Below are positions 1 to 10,036 of a DNA stretch of 64,000 nt, one piece after another. The notes under the pieces are model-generated. The model worked only from the letters and a program-made list of their open reading frames with translations, was not told where the DNA came from and did not search any database. Location: NCBI GenBank assembly GCA_965206645.1, contig CBDBKE010000004.1:1984001-2048000 (forward strand), written 5' to 3'. The position numbers and the translations under genes were made by a program. Numbering within the stretch: position 1 is the stretch's first letter; the number at the start of each line of letters is the position of its first letter. This DNA comes from Terriglobia bacterium. GTDB taxonomy: Bacteria; Acidobacteriota; Terriglobia; JAJPHL01; JAPKYU01.

Positions 1-58
1 CCGGTTTCTGCGGGTCACATTTCAGGGATCGCGAATCACTTCCGACGGCGGTCTGATT

Positions 59-551
59 GTGGTGCGCGAGTTGGACGAACGTTTGGGGTTCGGCGAACTT
101 ATCGAACAGCACTTGATCGACTCTCGGGGGAAGAACACCCGGTTGCCCCTCGCTGACTTGCTGCGGCAGTCCATCTACAGCCGCTTGGCAGGATACGAAG
201 ACGTCAACGACGCCGAGCGGCTTTCCCAAGATCCGACGTTCCGGCTGATCGGTTCGGAGAAGATCTGGGAACGTGGCGCAGCCCTGACTTCCCGGTTACA
301 GTCGTTCGAGACAGAACTGCTGACGCAAGACGAGAACCTTGCTGGTTTGGCAGCGATCAACCGGGATTTGATCGCCAGGGCGGAAGCTATGGATGCGCCG
401 CGCCGGGTGGTGCTGGACATGGACAGCACCGAGATCCCGGTCTACGGCGAACAGGAGCAGAGCGCCTACAACGGGCATTTCGAGTCGAGTTGCTATCACC
501 CGTTGTTGCTGTTCAGTCGCGAGGGTGACTGTCTGGCGGCCAAGCTGCGAC
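59..551 (+). pseudogene. IS1380 transposase N-terminal fragment
   Basis: ORF 59..613 has IS1380 motifs and runs into the IS3 end at 552. Confidence 0.88.
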
Positions 552-609
552 TGACCTGCCGGCTTTCTTCGGACCACCGATTACTGGAGAACAGCGCCAG
601 TCGGCATGG

Positions 610-1500
610 TTAAGTCGCTCTCGTGTTCTTCTTGGTCAGCGTGAGCCGGCATCGCGGCGAGCGCCCACCGTCATCCGAGCCAGCACGGAGCTGCGCTTTG
701 AACTCGGCTGGCGTCAGATAGCCAAGGCTTGAGTGCGGTCGCACGTCGTTGTAGTGCCGTCGCCATTGCTCGATCCCCACCTTCGCGTCCACGCGGTTCC
801 GAAACCACTGCAGGCTCAGATACTCGTCGCGGAACTTCCCGTTGAACGATTCGTCGGTCGCATTCTGCCACGGCTTGCCCGGCTCGATGAGCGCGGTTTC
901 GATCTGCGCCTGGAGCAGCCACCGGAGAATCGCACCCGCAACAAACTCGGGGCCGTTGTCGGACCGGAGGTAACGTGGGGCTCCGTGGACGCTCACGAGC
1001 TGCGTGAGCACCTCGATAACGCGCCCGGACCGAATGCCGCCGGCCACGTCGATCGCGAGTGACTCGCGGGTCCATTCGTCGACGACGGTGAGGCACTTGA
1101 GCGTCTGCCCATTCGCGCAGGTGTCGAACACGAAGTCGTACGCCCAGACGTGATTGACCGCAGTGGCGGGCACCGGGCGGGGCCGGCTCAGGGCGACCCG
1201 GCGCCGCGGCCGCCGCCGAGGCACCTGCAACCCCGCCTGGCGCCAGAGGCGATGGGTCCGGTCCGTGCTCATCGTGTGCCCTTCGCGTTTTAGGAAAATC
1301 CGAATCCGGCGATAGCCGTACCGCGGATACTGCGCCGCCAGACGACGCATCGCGGCCAGCGCCGGGGCATCCCGGTCGACCAGCCGCGACTGGTAGCCCA
1401 GCGTGGACCGTGCGACGGAGAGCAAGGCGCACGCGCGGCGACCCGACAGACCGCGTGCACGTGCATACGCGACCTGCGGCCGGCGCACGCGTGCGCCTAC
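610..1500 (-). CDS. IS3 transposase OrfB (rve integrase core)
   Basis: YPRYGYRRI, WAYDF, SDNGPEF, ESFNGKFRDE, YNDVRPHSSLGY motifs. Confidence 0.9.
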   Translation of the reverse strand, partial: VGARVRRPQVAYARARGLSGRRACALLSVARSTLGYQSRLVDRDAPALAAMRRLAAQYPRYGYRRIRIFLKREGHTMSTDRTHRLWRQAGLQVPRRRPRRRVALSRPRPVPATAVNHVWAYDFVFDTCANGQTLKCLTVVDEWTRESLAIDVAGGIRSGRVIEVLTQLVSVHGAPRYLRSDNGPEFVAGAILRWLLQAQIETALIEPGKPWQNATDESFNGKFRDEYLSLQWFRNRVDAKVGIEQWRRHYNDVRPHSSLGYLTPAEFKAQLRAGSDDGGRSPRCRLTLTKKNTRAT

Positions 1501-1760
1501 CATTTTTTTCGGGTGATCTCCTTGAGCACGTCGATCTCCAGATCTCGATCGGCCACCATCTTTTTCAGCCGGCCGTTCTCCTGCTCGAGCTGCCGCAGCC
1601 GCTTCACATCGGCGGGCTCCAACGTGCCGAAGTGTTTCCGCCAGGCGTAGAGCGTCTGGGCGCTGACGCCGTTCTTTTTGGCCACCTCCGGAACGGGCCG
1701 CTGATCGGCCTCGCGGAGGATCGTCACCATCTGCTCTTCGGTAAACCGGGTCTTCTTCAT
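1497..1760 (-). CDS. IS3 transposase OrfA
   Basis: MKKTRFTEEQMVTILRE...RLRQLEQENGRLKKMVAD. Confidence 0.9.
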   Translation of the reverse strand: MKKTRFTEEQMVTILREADQRPVPEVAKKNGVSAQTLYAWRKHFGTLEPADVKRLRQLEQENGRLKKMVADRDLEIDVLKEITRKKW

Positions 1761-1821
1761 GGCTCCCTCGTTTCTCCGAGGGCGCCATTCTCTCAGGCTT
1801 CAGCTGGTCCGGAAATCGCCA

Positions 1822-2214
1822 GTGGGGTTCATCGTCACCAATCTGGAGACCGACAGCCGGGCGGTGGTCCGGTTCTACAACAAGCGGGGCACCGCAGAGC
1901 AATGGATCAAGGAAGGCAAGCAGGCGGTAAAGATGACCCGGCTGAGTTGCCATCGGTTTCGGTCGAACGAGGTGCGCCTATGGCTGAGCCTGATCGCCTA
2001 CAACTTGGGAAACCTGTGGCGGCGGCTGGTGCTACCGAAGAGGATCAACAACTGGTCGCTGACGAGTTTGCAGCAGCGGCTGGTGAAAACGGGCGGACGG
2101 CTGGTGAAACATGCGCGATATTACTGGCTTTTGCTGGCCGAAGGGCACTTGAGCCGGAGGCTGTTCAGCAGCATGCTGCGAACGATCTCGGCACTGCCGC
2201 TGCCAGACGGCTAG
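1822..2214 (+). pseudogene. IS1380 transposase C-terminal fragment
   Basis: VGFIVTNL...YNKRGTAEQWIKEGK...AYNLGNLWRRL; closely similar to 36551..37156. Confidence 0.88.
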
Positions 2215-2476
2215 CGACCCAGGAGAGAGGGTAATTTTAGGTGCTCAGAAGTGGTCGGGCCGGACAAGTGTCAGCGGCGAGGCAGGCTGGGCAGGCGAAA
2301 CCCGCACAGCGACTCCGAAGAACAGCCAAAATGTGCCGCACTACCACCTCAAAGAGGCCCGGGCGATTTGCGATTGACACGACAGGGTAAGAGGCATAGG
2401 TTTTCGGGTGAAGGTGAAGCTCAAAATGGAAACTCCGGTTTAATTGAGGTGATTCCCGCGGCTGCGCCGCCTCGCT

Positions 2477-2690
2477 TCAGCGCCCCTCGACCATGGTGAG
2501 GAAATATTGATGGAGGCGAGGGTCGGGGGTCAATTCCGGGTGGAACGTAGCGGCCAACAGGTACTGTTGGCGCACCAGCACCGCCGAACCCCGGCATTCA
2601 GCCAGCACCTGAACTCCCGGCCCAACCCGTTCAATGATGGGCGCGCGGATAAAGACCATCTCCAATGAAGAATCGGACCAGCCGCCAACG
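2477..2690 (-). pseudogene. pdxT: PLP synthase glutaminase subunit, C-terminal fragment
   Basis: [17 protein letters not shown]...[16 protein letters not shown] is the PdxT C-terminus; N-terminal part missing and fused to unrelated sequence. Confidence 0.8.
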
Positions 2691-3056
2691 GGACTTTCTC
2701 GGCTAATACCTAAGTATTGCTCTGCGGTTCTAAAAGTAACTGCGTCTTTGCCCCTAAGGAGTGTCGAGTCGCCCTTACGCTCCTTCCTGCGTGGAGCTTT
2801 CTTTTGAGGCGTGCGCCGTTCCGTCCCTTTGCTGGTGCCGCCTGCCTCTTTGTATCCAAGTTGCAACATCTCCTCTTCCGCATTGATGCGCCAGTCCTCA
2901 CAAACCTCTTCGACAGCTTTTCCCAGGCGTAATCTGCCGGCACGGAAAGTCGCATCGGATTCCGGCAGTCCCCCACTAGATACTCTCGGCCGGGTTAATC
3001 CACTGTTCCGGTGTCCCTCGCTTGTTGTAGAACCGCATTGATCGGGCCGAGGTGTT

Positions 3057-3219
3057 TTACGACATCATCAGAGCGTCTATATCACGGCCACCATAAAGAA
3101 TTCTGAGGAACGTCACCGTATCCGCCCCGACATGGAAAGCGAGGGTCACCCTACGCTCGAAACCGACTACCCGCAGGCCAGGAAATAGATCGTCTCGTCG
3201 CATACCCCGTTCCGGGAAG
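3057..3219 (-). pseudogene. ParE/RelE-family toxin C-terminal fragment cut by MITE
   Basis: FPERGMRRDDLFPGLRVVGFERRVTLAF...LRILYGGRD. Confidence 0.75.
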
Positions 3220-3350
3220 GGTGCTGTCAAGTTAAGCAGTTTGGCAGCATTCTCGCCGCCCGCCGCCACCGCTAAGTCATTGATTATCAGTCTCTGATCC
3301 AGCAGAATCCTTCCGCAAAACGCGCAAATTCTGCTCAACTTGACAGTACC
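3220..3350 (-). mobile_element. 131-bp MITE with IS6-type IRs, copy 1
   Basis: GGTGCTGTCAAGTT...AACTTGACAGTACC; five near-identical copies in the window. Confidence 0.9.
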
Positions 3351-3980
3351 GCAACGGATCGGCGCCGTGATGAAGTGGGCGGTCGCGATGGGCTACCGGC
3401 CGTACAACCTGGCGGGCGATGCCCTCGGGTAGGCGGTCGGGCGGCAGCGGGCCGTCGTCCAACACATACGGGCGCCACTCCACGGTGCGGTGGCGGACGT
3501 CCTCGCGACCGTGCGAACCTCCCGGGCGTTGGTCACCACCAAGGATGCGTTTGAGCTCTTGGTGTTGACGGCGGCGCGGTCCGGCGAGGTGCGTCTGGCG
3601 ACGTGGGATGAGATGGACCTGGACGCGGTCGTGTGGACCATCCCCGCCGCGCGCATGAAGGCGAAGCGGGATCACCGCGTGCCGCTCTCCGAGCGGGCGA
3701 TCGAGATCCGGCACGACGCACGGAGGCGCAGTGACGACACGGGCCTGGTGTTCCCCAACCCGCGTGGGAAGCCGCTCTCCGACATGACGCTGTCGCAACT
3801 GATCAAAGAACTCGGCATCGCCGCCGTGACGCATGGGTTCCGGTCGAGCTTCCGGGACTGGGCCGGGGAGCGGTCAAACACACCCCGTGAAGTGATCGAA
3901 GCGGTGCTCGCCCATACAGTGCGCAACCCGACAGAGGCGGCCCATGCGCGCAGTGATCTCTTGGAGTGCCGTCGCCGTCT
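3351..3980 (+). pseudogene. Tyrosine recombinase (P4-like integrase) fragment
   Basis: LTAARSGEVR, RMKAKRDHRVPLS, HGFRSSFRDW, LAH; truncated by MITE and IS3. Confidence 0.85.
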
Positions 3981-4594
3981 TGACCTGACCGGCACTTTTT
4001 GTACCAAGTGGAAAGAGAGAGAATCCACTTGAGGAGGGAGTGAGGTCATGCCGACAAGGAGTTACAAGCCGGAGCAGATTGTAGCGGTGCTACGGCAGAT
4101 AGAAGTGCAGATGGGGAACGGGAAGACTGCGCCCCAAGCCTGCAAAGAAGCTGGAATCCACACCCAAACCTACTACCGGTGGCGGAAGGAATACGGCGGG
4201 CTGAAGGTGGTGCAGGCAAAACGGCTAAAGGAGTTGGAGAAGGAAAACACGCGGCTGAAGCGGTTGGTAGCGGAGCTTTCTCTGGAGAAGCAGGTGCTGC
4301 GGGATGTGGCACAGGGAAACTTCTGAGCCCTGAGCGGCGGCGTTGTGCGGTGGAGCGTGCGTGGGAGCAACACGGGTTGTCGGAACGGCATGCCTGCCGG
4401 CTGCTGGGGCAATGGCGAGGGACACAACGATACGAGCCGATTCATCGGGTGGACGAGGATGCTCTGACCCGAGCGATCATTGCCCTGGGAGCGAAGTACG
4501 GGCGATATGGCTACCGGAGGATCACAGCGTTGCTGCGGAGTGCGGGCTGGGAAGTGGGCAAGGACCGGGTGCAGCGGATTTGGCGGCGGGAAGG
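3981..4594 (+). mobile_element. IS3-family element type A, 3'-truncated by IS5
   Basis: IRL TGACCTGACCGGCACTTTTTGTACCA; orfA 4048..4326; orfB broken at 4594. Confidence 0.92.
4048..4326 (+). CDS. IS3 transposase OrfA
   Basis: MPTRSYKPEQIV...KRLKELEKENTRLKRLVA; ends at the GGGAAAC frameshift window. Confidence 0.9.
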   Translation: MPTRSYKPEQIVAVLRQIEVQMGNGKTAPQACKEAGIHTQTYYRWRKEYGGLKVVQAKRLKELEKENTRLKRLVAELSLEKQVLRDVAQGNF

Positions 4595-5656
4595 GGCGTT
4601 GTTGCAGAAATCTGACTCCATCCCCAACGCTCTCCCCCCTGATAGGCTAGGGGATGGGCAAAAGCGACTACACCTTCCGATATAAGGTTCGCAACTGGCC
4701 GGAGTACAACCGGGCTCTGGTGAAACGTGGGCAGCTGACACTGTGGTTCGACACGGAGGCAGTCGCTGCCTGGCGTCATCCAGGACCCTTCGAAGGGCGA
4801 GGCCGGCCCAAGGTCTACGCAGATGCGGCGATCCAATGTGCGCTGGTCCTGAATTCGGTGTTTCACCTCAACCTACGGACCACTCAAGGGTTCCTTCAAT
4901 CCATCGTGGCGCTCATGGCTCTCGACCTCCCAGTGCCCAACTACAGCACGGTGAGCCGAAGGCAAAGCGCCGTCGACGTCCGACTGAGTGTAGGGCCCAC
5001 GGATCGACCACGACATGTCGTCATCGATTCGACGGGCCTGAAGATCTACGGAGCCGGTGAGTGGCACATCAGAAAACATCGAACCCTCCGCCGTAGGACA
5101 TGGCGAAAGCTCCACCTAGGCGTCGATGAGACGACGAAAGAGATCGTTGCGATGGACCTGACTGCGAGCAACGTCCACGACGCCCGAAGGCTCTCTTCGT
5201 TGCTGTCTAAGACTCCTGGTTCGATCGGGCAAGTCTCCGCAGACCGGGCCTACGACACGGGTTCCTGCTACGAGGCCGTGCTCCAGCACGACGCTATCGT
5301 GACGATCTTGCCGCGACGCAATGCACGATGCAGCCGAGACTCTCATCCGCCTCCGTGGCGTGCGATGCGTGATACCCATCTCCGGCGTATTAGGACGCAG
5401 GGCCGTTATGAGTGGCGGAAGTCGAGTGGCTGCACTCGCCAGAGCGTGGCGGAGAATGCGGTCTCACGGTACAAGGCGATACTCGGGGTAAGCCTCTCGG
5501 CCCGCACGGTCAAGAACCAAGCAGTCGAAGCCGCGATCAAGTGCGCTGTGCTGAACCGGATGGCGGAGCTTGGAATGCCACGATCGGAGCGCGTGTACTG
5601 AGGCGGATGAACTTCTCGGCCCGGTTCGCCGCGAGCGCGAATTACGCAACAACGCC
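4595..5656 (+). mobile_element. IS5-family (IS903-group-like) element, 1062 bp
   Basis: IRs GGCGTTGTTGC / GCAACAACGCC; single 315-aa transposase. Confidence 0.93.
4654..5601 (+). CDS. IS5-family transposase
   Basis: YKVRNWPEYNRAL..RG, IDSTGLK, WRKLHLGVD, ADRAYDT. Confidence 0.93.
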   Translation: MGKSDYTFRYKVRNWPEYNRALVKRGQLTLWFDTEAVAAWRHPGPFEGRGRPKVYADAAIQCALVLNSVFHLNLRTTQGFLQSIVALMALDLPVPNYSTVSRRQSAVDVRLSVGPTDRPRHVVIDSTGLKIYGAGEWHIRKHRTLRRRTWRKLHLGVDETTKEIVAMDLTASNVHDARRLSSLLSKTPGSIGQVSADRAYDTGSCYEAVLQHDAIVTILPRRNARCSRDSHPPPWRAMRDTHLRRIRTQGRYEWRKSSGCTRQSVAENAVSRYKAILGVSLSARTVKNQAVEAAIKCAVLNRMAELGMPRSERVY

Positions 5657-5678
5657 TAGAAAACCCGCCACGCCTATC

Positions 5679-5707
5679 TTGACTACCCCAATGGGGTATA
5701 TAATACT
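5679..5707 (+). promoter_or_regulatory. Probable TA promoter with palindromic operator
   Basis: TTGACT (5679-5684), perfect inverted repeat TACCCCA-A-TGGGGTA (5684-5698), TATAATACT just before ATG 5713; likely leaderless. Confidence 0.6.
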
Positions 5708-5712
5708 GCTTG

Positions 5713-6051
5713 ATGCAGACAGTAGCCGAGACCCCGACATTCTCCCGTCAAACTGACAAGCTGTTCAGTGAGGACGAGAAGCGCGAACTGATCGACTTCC
5801 TCGCGGAGAATCCGCTGGCGGGTGATGAAATTCCGGGCACGGGCGGCGTCCGGAAGCTACGCTTTGCGGCTTTCGGACGGGGCAAGCGAGGCGGTGCGCG
5901 GGTGATCTACTACTACCTGGAAGAAGCGATGCCGGGCTACGCGCTGCTCGCCTATGCGAAGACCGCGAAAACGGACATGACACCGGATGAAAGGCGCACG
6001 GTTTCAAAGCTCGCAGCCGCACTCAAGGCCGCCCGGAAGGAGATGAAATGA
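5713..6051 (+). CDS. RelE/HigB-family toxin
   Basis: NPLAGDEIPGTGGVRKLRF...GKRGGARVIYY. Confidence 0.9.
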   Translation: MQTVAETPTFSRQTDKLFSEDEKRELIDFLAENPLAGDEIPGTGGVRKLRFAAFGRGKRGGARVIYYYLEEAMPGYALLAYAKTAKTDMTPDERRTVSKLAAALKAARKEMK

Positions 6052-6338
6052 GCACATTTGGCGACGATCTAATCCAGTCCCTCAATGAAGCCCTCGCTCA
6101 CGCAAAGGGAGATGGCCCCGCCATCCTGCACGCTCCCGTGACCCCGCGTGAGGTTCGGGAGCATGCGAACCTCACGCAGGCGCAGATGGCACCGTTGATG
6201 GGCATGAGCCTTTCCGGCTACCGGAAATGGGAGCAAGGGACGCGCCGGGTTAGCGGCCCGGCCGCAACTCTTCTGCGGGTGATCGAAAGGGAACCGGAGG
6301 CCGTCAAGCGTGCATTGCTGTCTTCGGGCCAAGTATAA
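6048..6338 (+). CDS. XRE-HTH antitoxin
   Basis: LTQAQMAPLMGMS...WEQGTRRVSGPA; ATGA overlap with the toxin. Confidence 0.9.
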   Translation: MSTFGDDLIQSLNEALAHAKGDGPAILHAPVTPREVREHANLTQAQMAPLMGMSLSGYRKWEQGTRRVSGPAATLLRVIEREPEAVKRALLSSGQV

Positions 6339-6590
6339 ACGCGCTGCTAGTGTTCCGGATCGCTGGCGGCGCAGACTGACAGCACGATAAAGGTCTCTTA
6401 TCGTGCTATGGAAACATGCCTGCACGATGCCGATGGGGATCGCGGATATCTGAGGTTCAGGGCACTAAGCCAAGACGGAAGAAGTCGCCGAGTGAATAAG
6501 GAAACGAAGAAAATCTGCGAACTAACTGAGAGGCTCATCAAGGAAGTGTTGCCATTGATTTTGAGGACTACCACTAGAAGGAAAAAGACC

Positions 6591-6928
6591 ATGCGTATGC
6601 TCAACCCACCCCGCCCCGGCACATTCATCAGAACAGCGGTGATTGAACCCCTGAACCTAAGCGTCTCTGCTGCCGCAACGGTGCTCGGCGTATCGCGTCC
6701 AACGCTCTCGACCTTTCTGAACGGCCATTCCGATCTCGCCGGTACCATGGCACTACGGATTGAAAAGGCCTTCGGCGTGAAGATGGACACCCTCATGCGC
6801 ATGCAGGCGTCCTACAATATCGCTCGTACTCGTAAGCAAGAGGCATCGATCACAATATCGCTCGTACTCGTAAGCAAGAGGCATCGATCACCGTCCGCCC
6901 CTACCATCCAATCCAGGCGAACCAGTAG
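6591..6928 (+). pseudogene. higA: HigA-family antitoxin frameshifted by a 38-bp tandem duplication
   Basis: NPPRPGTFIR...LGVSRPTLS...MALRIEKAFG; duplication at 6814-6889. Confidence 0.8.
6814..6889. repeat. 38-bp tandem duplication
   Basis: ACAATATCGCTCGTACTCGTAAGCAAGAGGCATCGATC x2. Confidence 0.95.
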
Positions 6929-6974
6929 GGCGGGGGACCACTGTGCTGGATGGACCTTGAATTGGTTCGCTGCC

Positions 6975-7158
6975 TCACGAGCGACGCGGCGTAACGGCCG
7001 AGACGGCGATCGCGCTGGGCGCGTATTTCGGCCAGACCCCCGAGTTCTGGATGAACGCGCAGACGGCCTATGAACTGTCAAAGGAACTGGTCGAGAACGG
7101 CGATGACATCCGCTCGCGTCTCCGCCGTCATGCCGAGGACCGTGCAACCACTTAGATC
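6975..7158 (+). pseudogene. higA: higA 3' fragment, near-identical to 52524-52707
   Basis: Direct sequence match with few substitutions. Confidence 0.85.
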
Positions 7159-7174
7159 CGGCCTATGTCGTGGG

Positions 7175-7690
7175 CTAAGCGGGCTGTTGGATCCGCTGCC
7201 ATCCCTCAACCTCGGCAGCAAGCACGATGCGCGCACACGCTTCCGCGTCGGACCCCGCGTCGTGGTGACGTACCGGGATGCGAAGCCGACGGCAGACGTC
7301 GGGCAACCTCGTCGGGTAGATTCCCCACAGTGAGCGGGCCAACTGGACCGTGCAGGTGAATGGCACCTGCGGTACCCGGATGCCGTACGTAATGCAACAC
7401 GTGTGGAGGACACTATTGTCGAACGGCGCGTTGTGGGCAGCGATAAACTCAGCGTTGCCGATCCAGGCGTGCAGGGTTGGCCAGAGTTCGCCGAAGGTGG
7501 GCGCGTTGCGGACGTCTTCCCAGCGGAGGCCATGGACCCCGGTGAACACGAACAGTGGTTCCGGGGGCCGGATCAGGAACGACCGCGCAACTTCGATCCG
7601 GTCGACACGAACCACGGCTAGGCCGACTGCGCACGCGCTGTCACTGTGGTGATTGGCGGTTTCGAAGTCGATCGCGACAAAGGAACTCAC
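7175..7690 (-). CDS. DEDDh 3'-5' exonuclease (DnaQ-like)
   Basis: AIDFETAN, AHNAPFD, HHDAGSDAEAC motifs. Confidence 0.9.
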   Translation of the reverse strand: MSSFVAIDFETANHHSDSACAVGLAVVRVDRIEVARSFLIRPPEPLFVFTGVHGLRWEDVRNAPTFGELWPTLHAWIGNAEFIAAHNAPFDNSVLHTCCITYGIRVPQVPFTCTVQLARSLWGIYPTRLPDVCRRLRIPVRHHDAGSDAEACARIVLAAEVEGWQRIQQPA

Positions 7691-7694
7691 GGTG

Positions 7695-7862
7695 ATGTCC
7701 AGGGATAAAGCCAGTTCCTACGGAAGCTTAGCACAGGCTTGGGCAAAGTCCCCACATAGGCAAGGAACGATTGGTTCGGGATGGCTCAGTCTTGTCGACC
7801 ACTCGATCGATGTCGCTGCCGTCTCCGAAGCGCTACTTCACCTGCCGACGGTCAAGCGGCGG
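7695..7862 (+). pseudogene. cas3: Cas3 HD-domain N-terminal stub truncated by IS3
   Basis: AWAKS...WLSLVDHSIDVAAVSEALL matches the start of type I-E Cas3; lies upstream of cas1/cas2. Confidence 0.75.
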
Positions 7863-9118
7863 TGACCAGACCGATTTTTTGTACCAACCGTAGTGAGAGT
7901 GAGAGTTTACATCGCAGCCTGGGGCTGTGAAACTGGTTTCAGTGGCAGGGGAGGGCTATAGGCCCCCGGCGCCGGGGGCCTATAGCCGAGCGCCGAGTGC
8001 GGCCGCACCGTGTTGTATTGCACCCTCCACTGTTCAATCACCACCTGTGCCTCCTTCAACGAGTAGAAGATCTCTCCATTCAGGCATTCGTCCCGCAGCT
8101 TCCCATTGAAACTCTCGCAGTACCCGTTCTCCCAGGGACTGCCCGGTTCGATGTACAGTGTCCCGGTCCCTAGATTTGCCAACCACTGGCGCAGTTGTTT
8201 GGCGATGAACTCGGGACCATTGTCGGATCGAATCTGTTCCGGTATCCCTCGCCACAACATCACGTCCGACAACGCCTCAATGATTTGTTGGCTGCCCATC
8301 CTCCGCTCCACCCGGATCGCCAGGCATTCCCGCGTGTACTCATCCAGCAAGGTCAGCAGCCGCAGCGTTCTCCCCTCGTGCGTTCTGGCACTCATGAAGT
8401 CGTAGCTCCACACGTGGTTCGGTCGCTCCGGCCTCAGTCGTACACAGGAACCGTCGTTCAGCCACAGCCGTCCTCGCGGCCTTTGTTTTTGCGGCACTTT
8501 CAGCCCTTCCCGCCGCCAAATCCGCTGCACCCGGTCCTTGCCCACTTCCCAGCCCGCACTCCGCAGCAACGCTGTGATCCTCCGGTAGCCATATCGCCCG
8601 TAGTTCGCTCCCAGGGCAATGATCGCTCGGGTCAGAGCATCCTCGTCCACCCGATGAATCGGCTCGTATCGTTGTGTCCCTCGCCATTGCCCCAGCAGCC
8701 GGCAGGCATGCCGTTCCGACAACCCGTGTTGCTCCCACGCACGCTCCACCGCACAACGCCGCCGCTCAGGGCTCAGAAGTTTCCCTGTGCCACATCCCGC
8801 AGCACCTGCTTCTCCAGAGAAAGCTCCGCTACCAACCGCTTCAGCCGCGTGTTTTCCTTCTCCAACTCCTTTAGCCGTTTTGCCTGCACCACCTTCAGCC
8901 CGCCGTATTCCTTCCGCCACCGGTAGTAGGTTTGGGTGTGGATTCCAGCTTCTTTGCAGGCTTGGGGCGCAGTCTTCCCGTTCCCCATCTGCACTTCTAT
9001 CTGCCGTAGCACCGCTACAATCTGCTCCGGCTTGTAACTCCTTGTCGGCATGACCTCACTCCCTCCTCAAGTGGATTCTCTCTCTTTCCACTTGGTACAA
9101 AAAGTGCCGGTCAGGTCA
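7863..9118 (-). mobile_element. IS3-family element type A, complete
   Basis: Both IRs; orfA 8773..9051, orfB 7907..8776; 6-bp GTGAGA duplication near the right end. Confidence 0.95.
7907..9051 (-). CDS. IS3 transposase OrfAB (programmed -1 frameshift)
   Basis: orfA plus rve-domain orfB (WSYDF, SDNGPEF, ESFNGKLRDE). Confidence 0.9.
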
Positions 9119-9507
9119 GCGTGACCTGGAAAGGCCGCCGCTACGACCGCGCCAACCCAGACGTGGCCGACTTACCGAATCAAGCCATCAACCATGCGGC
9201 TACCGCCGTAGAGGCGGCGGCCATAGTCGCCGTCACCGGGGTCGGGGCCCTGCCGCAATTGGGCTTCATCCACGAAGACTCCGGAATTGCATTCGTGCTC
9301 GACATCGCCGACCTGTATCGAAGTGAGGTCACGTTGCCGGTCGCGTTCGGCGCCGTACGGGCCCACAAACGCGATCAGTCACTGCCACTAGAACGATGCG
9401 TCCGCCGGCTTGCCAGCCAGGAATTTCGGCGGCGCAAGCTGATCCCGAAGATGATCGATCGGATCAAGGAGATGTTTGGTGCCGATGTGCGTGATCGTGA
9501 CCCGTGA
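9119..9507 (+). pseudogene. cas1: Type I-E Cas1 C-terminal half
   Basis: W.GRRYDRANP..ADLPNQAINHA...PQLGFIHEDSG.AFVLDIADLY; 5' half replaced by IS3. Confidence 0.9.
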
Positions 9508-9781
9508 CGTCCCGTCCAGGTTTCGGGGCTTCCTCGCCTCCTGCATGCTGGAGATCGCACCGGGGGTCTATACTCAGCCCGACATGTCTGCGTCTGTCCG
9601 CGAGCGCGTGTGGACCGTACTGAGCGACTGGTGGGCCTACTACGGTCAGGGATCGGTTGTTATGACGTGGGCCGCACCGAGCACGCCAGTGCGCCAGGGC
9701 GTATTGATGCTGGGAGATCCCGCCAAAGAACTGATCGAGTACGACGGGCTCTACGTTGTCAGGCGGGAGCTGACGATCTAG
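9479..9781 (+). CDS. cas2: Type I-E Cas2
   Basis: VIVTRDVPSRFRGFLASCMLEIAPGVY...VRERVW...EYDGL. Confidence 0.9.
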   Translation: MPMCVIVTRDVPSRFRGFLASCMLEIAPGVYTQPDMSASVRERVWTVLSDWWAYYGQGSVVMTWAAPSTPVRQGVLMLGDPAKELIEYDGLYVVRRELTI

Positions 9782-9815
9782 GTGTACTAACCAAGTATGT
9801 ATACCATATATAGGA

Positions 9816-9958
9816 GTTTCCCCCGCACACGCGGGGATGGACCCGTAAAACCCTGGACGCACACGCTTCAGTATGAGTTTCCCCCGCACACGCGGGGATG
9901 GACCCGCGGAAGCTGAGCCTAGTTGTCTTGCACGAGCGTTTCCCCCGCACACGCGGGG
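9816..9958 (+). CRISPR. Type I-E CRISPR array: 2 full repeats, 1 truncated repeat, 2 spacers
   Basis: 29-nt repeat GTTTCCCCCGCACACGCGGGGATGGACCC at 9816 and 9877, truncated copy at 9938; period 61; 32-nt spacers; short AT-rich leader after cas2. Confidence 0.93.
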
Positions 9959-10036
9959 GCGGTGCTGAGGGACGCTGATCCGTCACTACACTTTCACCGA
10001 ATTCGACTTGGCGTCGATCCGGCAACGACGCGGCAA

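Larger units (their letters stand above)
552..1822 (-). mobile_element. IS3-family element (type B), left IR truncated
   Basis: IR TGACCTGCCGGCTTTCTTCGGACCA at 552; partial complement TGGTCCGGAAATCGCC near 1805-1820; orfA/orfB joined at an A7 run (T7 at 1503-1509). Confidence 0.9.
1..2438 (+). mobile_element. IS1380-family element, interrupted by IS3 and internally deleted; runs off window start
   Basis: N-terminal transposase motifs (GYEDVNDAERL, LDMDST, AYNGHF..CYHPL) at 1-551. C-terminal part (VGFIVTNL, FYNKRGTAEQWIKEGK) at 1822-2214. Right end CAAAATGGAAACTCCGG ends at 2438. Confidence 0.9.

Noticed and set aside
9845-9937. Self-targeting by CRISPR spacers
   Set aside because: No match noticed by eye within the window; needs a real search.
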